Assembly: GCF_036321535.1 (NCBI RefSeq)
Contig: NC_087436.1
Coordinates: forward strand, 86,430,001 to 86,494,000
DNA length: 64,000 nucleotides
Source of the DNA: Camelus dromedarius
Taxonomy: Eukaryota
Reading direction: 5' to 3'
Shown here: positions 13,040 to 25,064 of the stretch, piece by piece
Layout: each line of letters starts with the position of its first letter
Numbering within the stretch: the stretch's first letter is position 1
Program-made: the position numbers and the translations under genes
Notes under the pieces: generated by a model
What the model was told of the DNA's origin: nothing
Seen by the model: only the letters and a program-made list of their open reading frames with translations
Databases searched by the model: none

Positions 13040-13400
13040 ACTGACAAGAGACCCTCCTAGCTCAGCAAATAGTCCACGTGCTCCATTCCATTTCCCAGCT
13101 TCCCTTGGTGTTAGTTGGAACAAATGGGTCATGAGCATACGTGTCACATTGGGTTTAGGAGGTAAAACCTGGTGTGTGTGTGTGGTCTTTCTTACCCCCA
13201 ACATAGTGATCCTGAAAGCCCCATGTTGAGACAGCAGTATCACAGGATGGAGGGACCCTGGATCCGTAGAGGAGATCTTGGAGGTGAACTCCTGCTAAGC
13301 CATAGCAAATTTTATCGCAAAGACATCATATTTTTTCGTATCAAGGCACTAAGATTTCGAGGATTGTCTTACATTAATTAGCTTACATGAATTATCTAAC
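13040..13400 (+). mobile_element. Old MLT1-type LTR remnant
   Basis: catttcccagcttcccttgg, cagtatcacaggatggagggaccctggatcc, tcaaggcactaagatttcgaggattgt. Confidence 0.55.
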
Positions 13401-13790
13401 TTCACCTAGTGACTGAAGTATCTACGGACTTTCATTCAAATCATCAAACCACATGTCATCTCCCAGGAGCCCATGTTCATGGAGCTCCATCCATTCCCCT
13501 GGGGAGGAAGCTCAGAGAAGCCTCTCTGGCTCATGCAGAATTTGTCCCCTCCTGACCTGTAAGAGGAGAAGCTCATTTAGAGAGTATGACTTCCAACCAG
13601 CCAGGTGCCGAGTCCCTGGGAAGAATCTGCCTCATAGCTACACATTTGCTCTGTGGCCAGCCCAGACTTCCACATTCTCTTCTCAGGTGATTTCTACTCC
13701 CTATAAGCATATGTAACTTTTTATAGTCAAATGTATTGTTTTTTTTTTTCAGCTTAAATAGAACATTTAAGACCTGAATGAAAGCAGAGA

Positions 13791-14168
13791 ATATTAGTTT
13801 CCTATAGCTGCCATAACAAAGTACCACAGACTCTTAACCAACAGAGATGTATTTTGTCACGGTTCTGGAGGCTGGAAGTCCAAGGTCAAGGTGTCAGCAG
13901 GGTTGGTTTCTTCTGAGACCACTCTTCTTGGCTTGCAGATGGCCGTCTTCCCCCTGTCTTCACATGGTCTTCCTCTGTACATGTCTGTGCCCAATTTTCC
14001 TCTTTTCGTAAGGACACCAGTCATGCTGGATTAGGGACTATCCTAATGACTTCAGTTTAATTTAATTGCCTCTTTAAAGACCCTATCTCCAAATATAGTC
14101 CTATCCGGAAGAACGGGGGGGTTGCTTCAGCATATGAATTTGGGAGGAACATGCCTCAGTCCCTCACA
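13791..14168 (-). mobile_element. MLT1B/C-like solo LTR
   Basis: tattagtttcctatagctgccataacaaagtaccacagact...ggttctggaggctggaagtccaaggtcaaggtgtcagcaggg...catatgaatttgggagg. Confidence 0.85.
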
Positions 14169-15762
14169 AGGAGCAACCAGGATTCCCAAGAGAAATAGAA
14201 CCAAACATTGGCTCTCCTAGACTTCTGGCTTCCCCTGTGTGAATCTGAAATAAAGGACTCATAAAAAAAAAGAGAATGCACATCTTGTGGCCTGACAGCA
14301 AAATTCTTGGAACCAAGTGCAAGGCAGTAGCAGCTAGTCAGTTGCATGATTTTCACTTTAGCTAATTTGAATAATCTCAAGATTGATCACTGATCCATCT
14401 AGAGCCAGTTCGAAGAATATACAATTTAAAAAGTCACTGAAGATAGAAATACGAGTGGACTTTTCACTGGCTTCTCTGCCTCAAGTTTGTAAACAATAGC
14501 AGAAAACATAAAAGCAAAGGAACAGTCAGTTCCCAGTTTGCCCTTTGGCTTTCATGCTTTTGTTTAGTTTGTGTTTATCAGTCCGCTGGAGCTGGAAAAC
14601 TGGATCAGCCTATTAACTGATTTAGTTTGAGTGGCTGGTTAGCGTGCCTTACTCGGGTATACGTCCAATCCTGCTGAGGAAAGACTGTATTTGAGTAAAT
14701 AAAACTTGGGCATAATCTCTTCCAATTAGATGAAAATGTTTCCTTTTCATTGATTTTGCTCTGCTTTTTGAACATGCAAAAAAACCTAATCTGTGGTTTC
14801 GTCTATGCTTTAGGGTCGTTTCACTGTTTCAAACTTGTGTATAAGTGTAAAAACAGAAAAGGAAGTTAAAATCAAGACTCTTGGAGCAGGGAGATGTGAT
14901 TAATTGCCAGCCTTTTTAAGACAAGTCACTACACAAAGCAAAGTAATAAATTAGTAATGCCGCAGATCATGAGTTAATAAAAACAGCTTTGCCTAAGAGG
15001 CAGATGATAATTTTGGAAGGCCCGGGCAGGCGAAATGTCTCAGACAGCCCTTGGGAGGTAAAACAGTTGGGAATAACAACCACTGTGACAGCCCTCGCTT
15101 TTACTGTAAGAAATGCAATGATTAATCTCAGATCACAGAGCTAACTCAGTTTAGATTTGAAAGAAAACTGTTTATTCTGACCTGCATGGACTTTGGGCAG
15201 GGCTGGGGGGCTGTTTGGTGATGGTATTGGGGAGATGGTACAGAGGGTCTCTAACACAAGCCTTAGTGGTCTGAGCCAACATCCCAAGTATTCGCCCAGA
15301 AGTCTGTGAGTTGGGGTGGGCTATACTGCGGGGGTCTGCTGCCCAGCCTCCAGTGGGAGTGGGCCGGGCTGCGATCTGCCTGTGCTGAGTGACAGCCATA
15401 GTCACCTAGTTCAGCCTCTTACTGGACTTATTTAGAAAAACAAGCTCAGAGCACTGGTGGGAAGAGCACGGTGCTCATGGTGGGGAGCTCTGGGTTTGAG
15501 TCCTGATTGTCACAAATACATCCTGTGCATGTTGGCAAGTCTCGTAACCTCCAGGGGCCCCTGTTTCATCATTGGTAGAATGAGAGTTGGAGGCTGGTTT
15601 TCAAATGTTTTTAGCTGTCTACCCTTTCTTCAACCCAAGGGTTAAATGGAAGCCCAAGCAACTGGGTCTCTGGTTGGAACAGGAATGAAGGCGACCCCCT
15701 CCCCACGCTCACGCCACCCACAGGATTGCTCAGAGGACACGGCTTAAAATCCGCAGTCTAAA

Positions 15763-15955
15763 GCAGAGCTTCTCCAACTTTAACATGCGGTAACATCACC
15801 TAGATCTTGTTAAAACACAGATTCTGATTCATCAGTTTGGGGGTGGGGGTGAGGAGCGTGGGGTAGGAGCTGAGACTCATTTCAGTCAACACCCCCCTCC
15901 CGGCCCCACTCCCCAAGCTGGTACTGCTGGTCCACGGACCCCGCTTTGAGCAATG
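15763..15955. mobile_element. MER5A-like hAT non-autonomous DNA transposon
   Basis: cagagcttctccaactttaacatgc...atcacctagatcttgttaaaacacagattctgattc...ggtccacggaccccgctttgagcaa. Confidence 0.7.
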
Positions 15956-16294
15956 AGATGATCTCTGTTTCGCTCCAGAAGCCTATGAATTCTTCTGACC
16001 CCTGACTCAGTGCCCATCACTACCCGGGGTCTCCTCCAGTGATGGGTTTCTGGGGAGTGGGGAGGTACCAAGTGCTGGCTCGCTTTCTGTCTCTGTCTCT
16101 GTCTCAGTTAAAGGAAATGTTCAGGAGCTGGGGGGGCACTTTTGAACTCCATAGCCATTCAGGGTGACAATCTGCATTTAGTAGGTTGAAGCTCAGGAAG
16201 GAGCAGGAGCAGGGAGCTGTTTCACATGGCAGAGAATTATCCCACATCCTGCATAACTTTCCTTTCTTTAAGCTCTGCAGCCAACAAAAAGCTT

Positions 16295-17045
16295 TCCAAC
16301 CTTTATTCAACTTTTTCTTTTGGAAAATACAGCAGTCCCTCAGTATCCATGAAGGATTGGTTCCAAGACCCCAGTGGGTACCAGAACTATGGATGCTCAA
16401 GTCCTTTATATAAAATGGTGTAGTATTTGCATATAACCTACACACATTCTCCTGTATAGTTTAAATTTATCCCTAGATTTCTTATGGTACCTAATCAATG
16501 TAAATGCTATGTAAGCAGTTGCTAGTGCAAGGCAAATACAAGTTTCGCTTTTTGGAACATAGTAGTTTTTTTTCCCAAATATTTTCGATACATGGGTGAT
16601 TGAATCTATGGATATGGAACCTGTAGATACTGAGGGCTGACTGTATTCACACTGACAGAAAAGATGCAAGAATAGTTCAAGGAACCCTGGGTACCCTTCA
16701 CCTGTCTTCTCCAACTGGTAATATTTTGGCACATTTGCTTTATTATTTTCTCTGTGTGTTTATAGGAAAACCTCTTTTTCTCCCCTTGGCTAAATCATGA
16801 GAGATTTAATCGCAGAGATCCTAATACTTTACCCCTAAATATTTCACTTATCTTTCCTAATTACAAGGACATTCTCTTACAGAGCTATAGATTATAGACT
16901 CAGGAAATTTAACACTGATACAATTCTACCTTACATTAATAATTTACAGTCCATATTTATAAATTTCCCAAATTGTACCAATAATATCCTGTCTAGATTT
17001 TTTTTTTAATCTAGAATATAATCAAAGGTCTTGCCCACATGGCTT
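16295..17045 (-). mobile_element. L1MC-type 3' fragment interrupted by MER2
   Basis: tttggaaaata|[MER2]|ttcacactgacagaaaagatgcaagaatagt; acaaggacattctcttaca; ctcaggaaatttaacactgatacaat. Confidence 0.65.
16330..16643. mobile_element. MER2-like TcMar-Tigger MITE
   Basis: Terminal inverted repeats cagcagtccctcagtatcc / gatactgagggctgactg, flanked by TA at 16328-16329 and 16644-16645. Confidence 0.9.
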
Positions 17046-17049
17046 TCTA

Positions 17050-17590
17050 ACACCCACTGGACATTCAGATACATAGAAAAAGAAACAAATAGATCTCTTT
17101 CTATCTGAGCCTAGAATCTAACTTTATAAGTATAAGCACAAAGCAGTTTTTCCATAGTTTTAATAAATATTAATTTTTACACAAATGCAGTTGTTTTGTC
17201 TAGGAGTTTAGTCAAAGTTGTTGGCCATTTTGGCAAATCACATCAGGGATGGCAGTGCTGCTTGTAGGGTTTGGGTTGGCAAACGACACCCTCTGTTGCT
17301 TTGCAGCTGTCACTGGAGCATCCACAGTGACTCCACATGCACGAGTAAACATTTGACTATTTTATTATAGCTTCCAGGATAGCCCACTTATTTACATAAT
17401 GAAGCACATGTTATTTTATTAGAAATTTTCTTTTTATTTCTCTTTCACTTTACAGTTAGGGCATTGTGTTGGCATCTTTGTAATTCTGCATTATGGATAG
17501 GTATCATAACAACTTTTATTTCCTGATAATAAAGGGGGTGTTACAAAGTATTTATTGTAGAAAGGAGTTGTTGACCTCTCTGAGAAAGTC
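17050..17590. mobile_element. Probable old hAT-Charlie-derived element
   Basis: Terminal-like segment taaagggggtgttacaaagtatttattgtagaaaggagttgttgacc...tgagaa; family not identified. Confidence 0.35.
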
Positions 17591-17591
17591 T

Positions 17592-18205
17592 AACATTAGG
17601 ACTGACCCTATCAAGTGCTGGTGATGATGTAGAGCAACTGAGATGCTCAAACACCATTGATAGGAATGTAAAATGGTACAACTGCTGCGGAAAACAGGAA
17701 GACAGTTTCTTTAAAAGTTAACCATATGCCTATTATGCCTACCATATGATTTGGTCATTGTCTTCCTAGAAGTTTACTCAAGAGAAATAAAAGCATCTAT
17801 TCATACAGTGACCTCTCTACAAATGTTCATAGCAGTTTTACTTGTCATAACCCAAACTGGAAACAACCCAAATATCCATCAACAGGTGAATGGATAAACA
17901 AATTGTAGTATCTATACAATGGACTACTACTAAGCAATAAAAAGGAATGAACAGTTAATACACACAAAATCATGGGCAAATTTCAAAATAATTTTGCTGA
18001 GTCAATTAGTGGTTGCCTGTGGGCAAGAGGGTGGAGTGGGTAGCAAGGGGCCTGAGGGGAAATCTTTTAGGGGTGCTGATTATGTTCATTGTATTGATGG
18101 TGATGATCTTTCACACAGGCATACATATGTCAAATCATATCAAATTGTATACTTAAATATGTGAAATTTTAAATATTTCAATTGTACTTGAATAAAGCTG
18201 TTAGA
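17592..18205 (+). mobile_element. Old L1 (L1MC/ME-like) ORF2 end and 3'UTR
   Basis: gaatgtaaaatggtacaactgct, aaatgttcatagcagttttac, ctggaaacaacccaaatatccatcaacaggtgaatggataaacaaattgt, aataaagctgtt. Confidence 0.85.
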
Positions 18206-18329
18206 GAAGAAAGGCAGTTATTGTAAACACCTGCCCTGTTAAATGTGGTCCATGAAACATCCTCCATAATCTGGGCCCTTATTGCCTTTATTTAGGTAAC
18301 TGCTCTTCTCTTGGGTGATGGATCCCTAA

Positions 18330-18800
18330 TGGTCTAAGTTAATTATGGTGGATTTTAATTCCTGTTTTTCCCCCCCATAGGGAATGGATTAGGTGTGGGG
18401 ATGAATAACCATTCTGGACAATGAGATATAAGGGAAAGTCTGTAGGGGACCCTTTTGTGAAAGACTTACTTCCTTCAAAAAACAAACAAAAAAACACAAA
18501 AAACAAAAACAGAAAGAGAACCCTTTCCTTCTTGACATGGATATGTCCAGATGTGATGTCTGGAATTTCTGCAGCCATCTTGTGACCACGAGGGATGGTG
18601 GTTTGGGAACACAGCTAACATGTTGAGGAGGGCAAAAGAGAGACATGGAAAGAAACTGGCTCCTTGAAAACATTGTCCAGCTGTTGGTTTACCTAATCTG
18701 GATGATCTCTAGTCTCTGTACGATGTGGTATAGTAAGTTCCCTTATGAGAGGCAGTTGAGTTTAGATTTTTTGTTACATGCAACCACAGGCATCCTACCT
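18330..18800 (+). mobile_element. Old MLT1-type LTR remnant
   Basis: ctggaatttctgcagccatcttgtgaccacgaggg; gcagttgagtttagattttttgttacatgcaaccacaggcatcct. Confidence 0.6.
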
Positions 18801-18804
18801 GATA

Positions 18805-19100
18805 TATTCCTTATATTTTAAGACTCAACTCAAGCATCACCTCCTCCAGGAAGTCTTCCCTAATACTTGCTCCCTTCTGGGCTGGACTGAGTTATATACA
18901 CCTACTCTGCAGTCTCAGGATATCCCTTTAATGGCCCTTTTTTACAATACATATAATTATTTGTTTACAGTTCTCTTCCTGCATTAAACTGGGAACTTTT
19001 CAAGGCAGGACTGGGTTTCATTTGTCTCTTGCTTTACCAGAACCTAGAGAGTAATTAACAAGTAGTGGGCATGTAATAAATACCAGATCAGCTGAATTGA
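18805..19100 (+). mobile_element. L2 3' fragment
   Basis: agactcaactcaagcatcacctcctccaggaagtcttccct; caaggcaggactgggtttcatttgtctc. Confidence 0.7.
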
Positions 19101-19909
19101 AACTTTCCTTTTCTTGTGCTGGCAAATGAATCTCATTCCCCTCCAGTCATTACCAACGTATATATTTCCCACATCTAGGAATCCCTTTCTTCTGTTCCTC
19201 AGTCTTTTGTGGTTGCTCTTCCCTGAGTACCTTTAGAAAATGGAGTTATGTTCGAAGTATCCCAGCAAATACCAAAGGCCATCTTCCAGGTGTGCCCTTG
19301 CAGGCTGCAAGGGAAGAAGGAAAGGGGGTTCCCTTTCTCCACTTTGCAGGCACTGTCTCTCCAATTTCTCTCTGCTGCGGCCTTGGCTCTTTGGAGGAAC
19401 TTTGGCTTTTCTATCACAGCGTGACAGTGGACCAGAAGACACGTGTTTTCACCTGCCTCTCCCCCGCCCCCTCCCCCAAATCCGATTGGGATTATTTCTC
19501 TACAGCTGTCCTGGCCCACCGTTGGCCAGGATTTCTGAATTCTCTCTGTTAGTTCCTTTTGTATGTCCTGTGGGGCCTTTCCCAATAGCACCAGCTCCAG
19601 TGACACTGACAGGTAATGTTTTTCTGTTTCCCAGATCATTACCAGTGAAAAAGATATAAACCCAGAGCTGGCCAACCCCCTGCCCCTGGGGGCTCCTGCT
19701 GAACATTTGTCTTCCCTTCCTTGGAACTTCAGGCTGGAGGCAGCGCTATTCATCATTTCTTTGGCTGTAAATTGTGCAAGAAGATGGATTCCATTTTTAG
19801 GAAATGGAATAAATATAAAATGGCATCTTCTCTCCCCTCCCCTCTCCTCCCATCCCCTCTATTCTCTCTCCTATTCCTTCCCTTCTCTCAGCATCTCTTC
19901 CTATCTCCC

Positions 19910-20150
19910 CAGATTAGTGCTTATGCACACAGACTCCAGAACTAGACAACCTGGTTTTGGATCCTTGTTCTATCACTTATTAGCTATATAACCTTGACAG
20001 AGAAACTTAACCCTTCTGTAGCATGATTTCCTCATCTTAAAGGTGGTAATAATTATGCTTAATAGGGTTGTTTTAAGTATTGCAGTGTAGTATGTACAGG
20101 GCTCACAAACATGCCTAGTCCAGGATAAATACAATATAGGTGTTAAGTAG
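19910..20150 (+). mobile_element. MIR SINE
   Basis: cagactccagaactagacaacctggtt...tcacttattagctatataaccttg...tttcctcatcttaaaggtggtaataat. Confidence 0.75.
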
Positions 20151-20189
20151 CATATCACTACCACTTCCACTACCACTGATACTGCTGCC

Positions 20190-20480
20190 CGCTAGCATTA
20201 CTGAGCGCAGACTATTTATTATGTGCCTACTGTTTACTATACTAAACTCTAAAAACCCTTTCATCCTCATTACAGCCCTAAAAGATGGTTCCAAAAAAAC
20301 CCCACCGTTTCTGAATGCTCTGTGACAGACTCTTTTCTAAGCTCTGTATACGTATTACTTAATTTTCATAACAGTCCTATAATGTAGGATCGTCAGAGTC
20401 CAGCTGACACAGCTGAGAAGACTGAGGCTTAGACTAAAAGTCATGCCAAAAGTCATGCCGATTATGAGTGGAGAAGACAG
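20190..20480 (-). mobile_element. MIR fragments
   Basis: gcattactgagcgcagacta; tcatcctcattacagcccta; taattttcataacagtcctat; gaagactgaggcttaga. Confidence 0.55.
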
Positions 20481-20501
20481 GAGTTCAAGTCTGTATAAAC
20501 T

Positions 20502-20695
20502 TGTGATTCTCAAACATTAATATGTGTCAGATCACCTGGGGGCTTGTTAAAACAGATTGCTGGGCCCCACACCCGGAGTCTCTGATTTAGTAAGTCTGGG
20601 GTGGGGTCTGAGAATTTGCAGTTCTAGTAAGTTCCCAGGTGATGATGACACTGATGGTCTGGGGTCATATTCTCAGATCCATTTTATTAGTAGTA
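20502..20695. mobile_element. MER5A hAT non-autonomous DNA transposon
   Basis: gattctcaaac...gatcacctgggggcttgttaaaacagattgctgggcccc...ctggggtggggtctgagaatttgcagttctagtaagttcccaggtgatg. Confidence 0.85.
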
Positions 20696-23214
20696 GGCAC
20701 CAATTTATCCTCAGAATCGGTCCTGTCTTGAATTTTGCTAAATCTTCATCATCCCACTTGCAATGTTCCAGGGGACAGTATGACTTCAAGAAAAGTCAGA
20801 ATGAAAGGACTTTAGCTTGTCATTTGCTTTCTGTAGCTGCTCCAGTGCCCTCAGGAGGGTCCATCTGACACCACAGTCCTTGCTTCTGGTCATACATCAT
20901 CACAGCCATCCTAGCTTGATTAAACACAGCCGCCCCCATCAACTTTATATTTAAAAACACATTTCTTTCTCTTCTTCTTACTCTCTGCCTGTTTTTTTGT
21001 TTTTGTTTTTGTTTTTGTTCTAAGGAACCTTCCTTTCCCTGTCTTCTTTGGTGTTCCCTGCTCCTCAAAGCCTTGCCTCTCCTCCACTCTGGATGTTGTC
21101 CAGAATAATCCCTCTTGAGCCCCAGCGAGGCGGGCTGACCCCAGGAAACAAGGGGAGGTCACCGATGGAGCTCAGAGGCTGGAGACTGGAGTTCTCCTCC
21201 TTAGTTTTGCCTCCATCTAAAGACGTGATCTCGGGTAACTGACTCAACCTCTGTGAGCCTTGGTTTCTTTGTGAAACGAGGCAGTAGGAAAGGTGTCTTC
21301 CGTGGCCTCTGTCACATTAGTGGCCGGAGCAATGACCTTCTCCAGTTCAGCAGTTTTCCAGACTCTGCGCTTGTCTCCTGGAGACCCATCTCCCGCCTTA
21401 TATGGGAAGCTCCCGGCACCTTTCACACACAGGTGCCGCTGACACTGATGAGCAACAGAGGGCTTTTATTCCACCTCAGATTGGCTCTATTTTGGGACTG
21501 CTATCAGCCATTTCTCATCTCAGACTTGCCTCTGTTATCTAAATGGCCTCTTGGAGCTGGAAGACATGCTTCAGCCGTCAAGGAGAGCTGACTTTGTCTA
21601 GGATTGAACAATCCTGTCAAGTGGCTCCTGAGTTGAGTCTGAAGACATTGCTGGTTGGGTCACCTGTAATGGAAAGACTCTAATCCGAGGCTTTACTGCC
21701 AACTCTTTAAACGTGAGATAAACAACTCCGTGAACGTGCCGTTGTGCGCACGCGCACATGTGTGTGACTCCCTTGTACTGCCCACTCCGGCTGTGCCCCT
21801 CAGCACGCCTGGTGCTTGACATAGGACCATACCCCAGGAGCTGTGTTATTAACCCCAATTCACAGATGAGGGAAACTAAGTCTCCGAGAGAGGAAAGTAA
21901 CTAGTAAGCACATCTGTAAGAGACACTTTGGTTTTAAGAAGCTGAGTCAAACAGTATGCACAAAAAATTTCTTCACCTCTGACAAGCCTGCCCTTTTGTT
22001 TGGCTTTTGTCAAGGACCTAACAGGTCACCCCAAATGCCCTAGTGACGACTGGAGGAGAATGAAATTCATTGCTGATCTTTTCTCAACTCTTCCCCCACC
22101 CTCAGCCCTGCCCCAACCACCACCAAAATTTGATTGTCTCCATTGTCTTTCTTCACCAGATATTTGTTTAAATAAATAAAAAACTTATGCTTAGCAGTAT
22201 TTTCCAAGTTGTGGCAGCTGGGTGGGGGAGAAGAGGGCCGGCACTGAGGAGATGGGGTACAAAACAAATGTTTATGGGTCATTTAAAATATGGTCTGGGC
22301 CTGGGTCAGAAGTTTGCACAAAGCTCTGAGTTAATTTTGTTGATTCGGGCCCTTTTTGGAGGATAACCAACATATCTTGAAATATGGGACCAGGAAACAA
22401 CTTCACTGGATCTCATTTTCCAGTGACAAGTTCCACCTTATCTCAAGTGCCTCCATTCCTAAAATTATAAGCATGTGTCCTACCACTATTGAAAATAAAT
22501 TTGTCGAGACAACAAGTTGGCAGGGAGGGAGACTGTGCAAAACAGGAAACCACAGCAAGTGCTTCCATACTTCTCCAGGGGACAAATGACTTTGCAATTT
22601 CCACTCGAAACATCTATAGAAGTTAGTATTTTATTTCCTGGATGTAGATAACCCTAATTGGTACCCATATGTCAGACTCATATTTCTTCCAGCCCTTTAA
22701 ACTCTGCTGCAAGATTAGGATGGGGGAGTGGATAGAGAAAAGAATAACTGAGTTCTCCTTGGAATGAGACGACATCACCTGAAAAATGCCCAGACTCCAC
22801 CTGTAAACTCTTTGGCTATTTCCTTTACTTTTTCATGATTCCTTTCATCTTCACAAGAAAAACTCCATCCTGCCTTTGCATGCCCCTTCTCCATGATTTA
22901 AAAGCCCCACTTGCTTCTCTGTGGACCTAAAGATTGTTCTAGAGCCATTGATGAGTTTGGTAATATTCCCAGAAGAAGGTACACATCAGCTTTTTAAGAG
23001 GACACAGGAAATCGCTTCATCATTATTGAATGTGAGGACCTTTCTGGGAGAGCAGGGGTTTTTGTCTGCCATCTTCAGTCTGCGTGCCTGTTGCTTAAGA
23101 CAAGGCTACGCACATTCTTGGTGTTTCAATAAATATTTGTTGAATCAAGGAATAAATTATAGTAGACATCTGCGGTTGTTGCCTGCCTGCATTCCTTCCT
23201 TTCTTTCTGGTGAA

Positions 23215-23680
23215 AGTACCTGTCCTTGGGGAACCTCACCTTTCCCACTCTCAGTGCACTTGGCTCGGGTAGAGCTGAACTGACCCAGTTCCAGGGGCAG
23301 ACACATGTCCCAGGCCTGAACCACAGGCCACAGTGATTGGTTCAGGGATGAGCACATGATTCAGTGAGAGGCCAGTGAGAGTCAACCTTGAGGATTTTAT
23401 GGAAACTCTGGGGATAAGGGTTTTATTTTGTTTTTTTCCCACTGCAACTGATGTCTCTCAGGTTACTGTAAGCCAGGAGCTTCAGCCTTTACCTCATAGA
23501 GACGTCCTGCTTGGGAGTCAATTGAATACAGAGAAAAACGGAGCCAAGGGATGGAGAGAGAGATTGAATTCTCCAGACATTGTTTAGTCCTTGGATCTAA
23601 CTATACCTGGGGCCCAAAATCCCCTGGAAGTTTTAATTGTGTGACCCAATGAATTCCCTCAAACCAGATGAATTTCTAAA
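23215..23680 (+). mobile_element. Old MLT1K-like LTR
   Basis: ggccacagtgattggttcagggatgagcacatgat; agccaaggg...gagagagattgaattc; tgtgacccaatgaattccc. Confidence 0.6.
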
Positions 23681-24105
23681 AATCTAGTATTTAAGAAAAA
23701 AGAAAGAACTGAATTAAAGAATTACCAATGATTTTGCCATCCTGGTAACTGTTATTTCTATTAGAACGTGTCCATACTTGACTACTACTAGTCAAGAGTC
23801 AGGCTGCTATTTCTAAGAGACCAAAATGCAGCAACTATAACAAGATAGACTTTTTAAACTCCCCATTCAGAAGTCTGGGAGACAGTTTAAGCTGCAATAG
23901 TGGCTTAACTGGGATTCCATCTTGTTACTTTGTCCTCCTCGAAATGCAGTTTCCCTTTCACGCTCTCATGGTCCAAGATGGCTGTTTGAGCTCCTGCCAG
24001 TAGGAGGAGAAAAAGGAGAAAGAGGAAGACAGGTTTAACCCTTCCAAGGCACCAGCAACTTAGAGAAGGGGACGGGGGGTGGATCAGAAGTGAGGCTAGA
24101 AACAG

Positions 24106-24290
24106 TTCCTCCCTTTCTCTTTCCTTCTCTGTTTCTTCCTTCCTTCCTCCCTTCTGCCCTCCTGCTTGCTTTCTTTCTTTTTCCCTTCTTCCCTCCCTCC
24201 GTCCGTCTGTCCCTCCCTCCCTCCTTCCCTCTTTTCTTTCTTCCTTCCTTCTTTCCTTCCTTCCCTTTCCTTTCTTTCTTTCCTTTCATC
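24106..24290. repeat. CT-rich low-complexity tract (expanded tail of a - strand L2 fragment at ~24285-24375)
   Basis: ~180 nt almost entirely C/T (ttcc, ccct, tttc units), followed by cactgagcacccactacatagcaggtactg. Confidence 0.85.
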
Positions 24291-25064
24291 ATCAAGATTT
24301 CACTGAGCACCCACTACATAGCAGGTACTGAGCTGAGTGCTGGAGAGACAACATTGAATAAAATAGATCATTAAAAATGCCAGAGGTCCAATTTTAGGTG
24401 GTGGCAGCTCTCAGAGTGAGACCTGGGACTTCTTCTTACGAGATTGAGAAAGCCCAGCCACTCTCAACTTTCAAAAGTCCAGGGACTTCCAATCTACCCC
24501 ATGCCAACAAAACCAGGAAAAGATTTGCTACTTCCATTTACATTTTGAGTAACATTAATCATGTGTACATATTAGTTTTCTCCATCACATGTATGTTAAA
24601 AACCTTTGATCTTTAATCATGCTATTGAAGGCTTTGTCTCTTTTCAAAGGAATTTCAGGCTGTCACCGAAAGATGAAAAAGTTATCTTTCTCTATAAAAT
24701 GGAGGCTATAATATCACCTCTTGTACTGTGAAAACTCAACTGCTCAACATGATAAAGATGTTAACAATTTCTAAAGTCATTTTTATTATATTTTCTGACC
24801 AGAGAACATTGTTTCTTTCTCCCTAATTCTAGCTGGGGCACTTGGTAGAGGAAATGTTTAGATTTTTTTGTTTTTATAATGAATATATATATATAGCTTT
24901 TATGTTTTACAATTTAATATTTAAGAACAACTTTTCTGTGGTTGTAGAATGAAATGAAACATGCTCATTATAAAGTATTTAAGCAAAGGAGGAATGTACA
25001 TTTTTAGTAATAACCCCAAGTGGTTATCATTAGGTGAACATATTTCACATCTTTCTAAGTAAAT

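Noticed and set aside
19199..19756. 185-aa ORF on the minus strand
   Set aside because: No protein similarity or exon structure recognised; the poly-Gly comes from a C-rich tract
19910..20480. Inverted MIR pair as a hairpin
   Set aside because: Copies are too diverged and fragmentary for stable pairing
24035..24374. K/E/G/R-rich and F/P/S/L-rich ORFs
   Set aside because: Translations of a CT low-complexity tract
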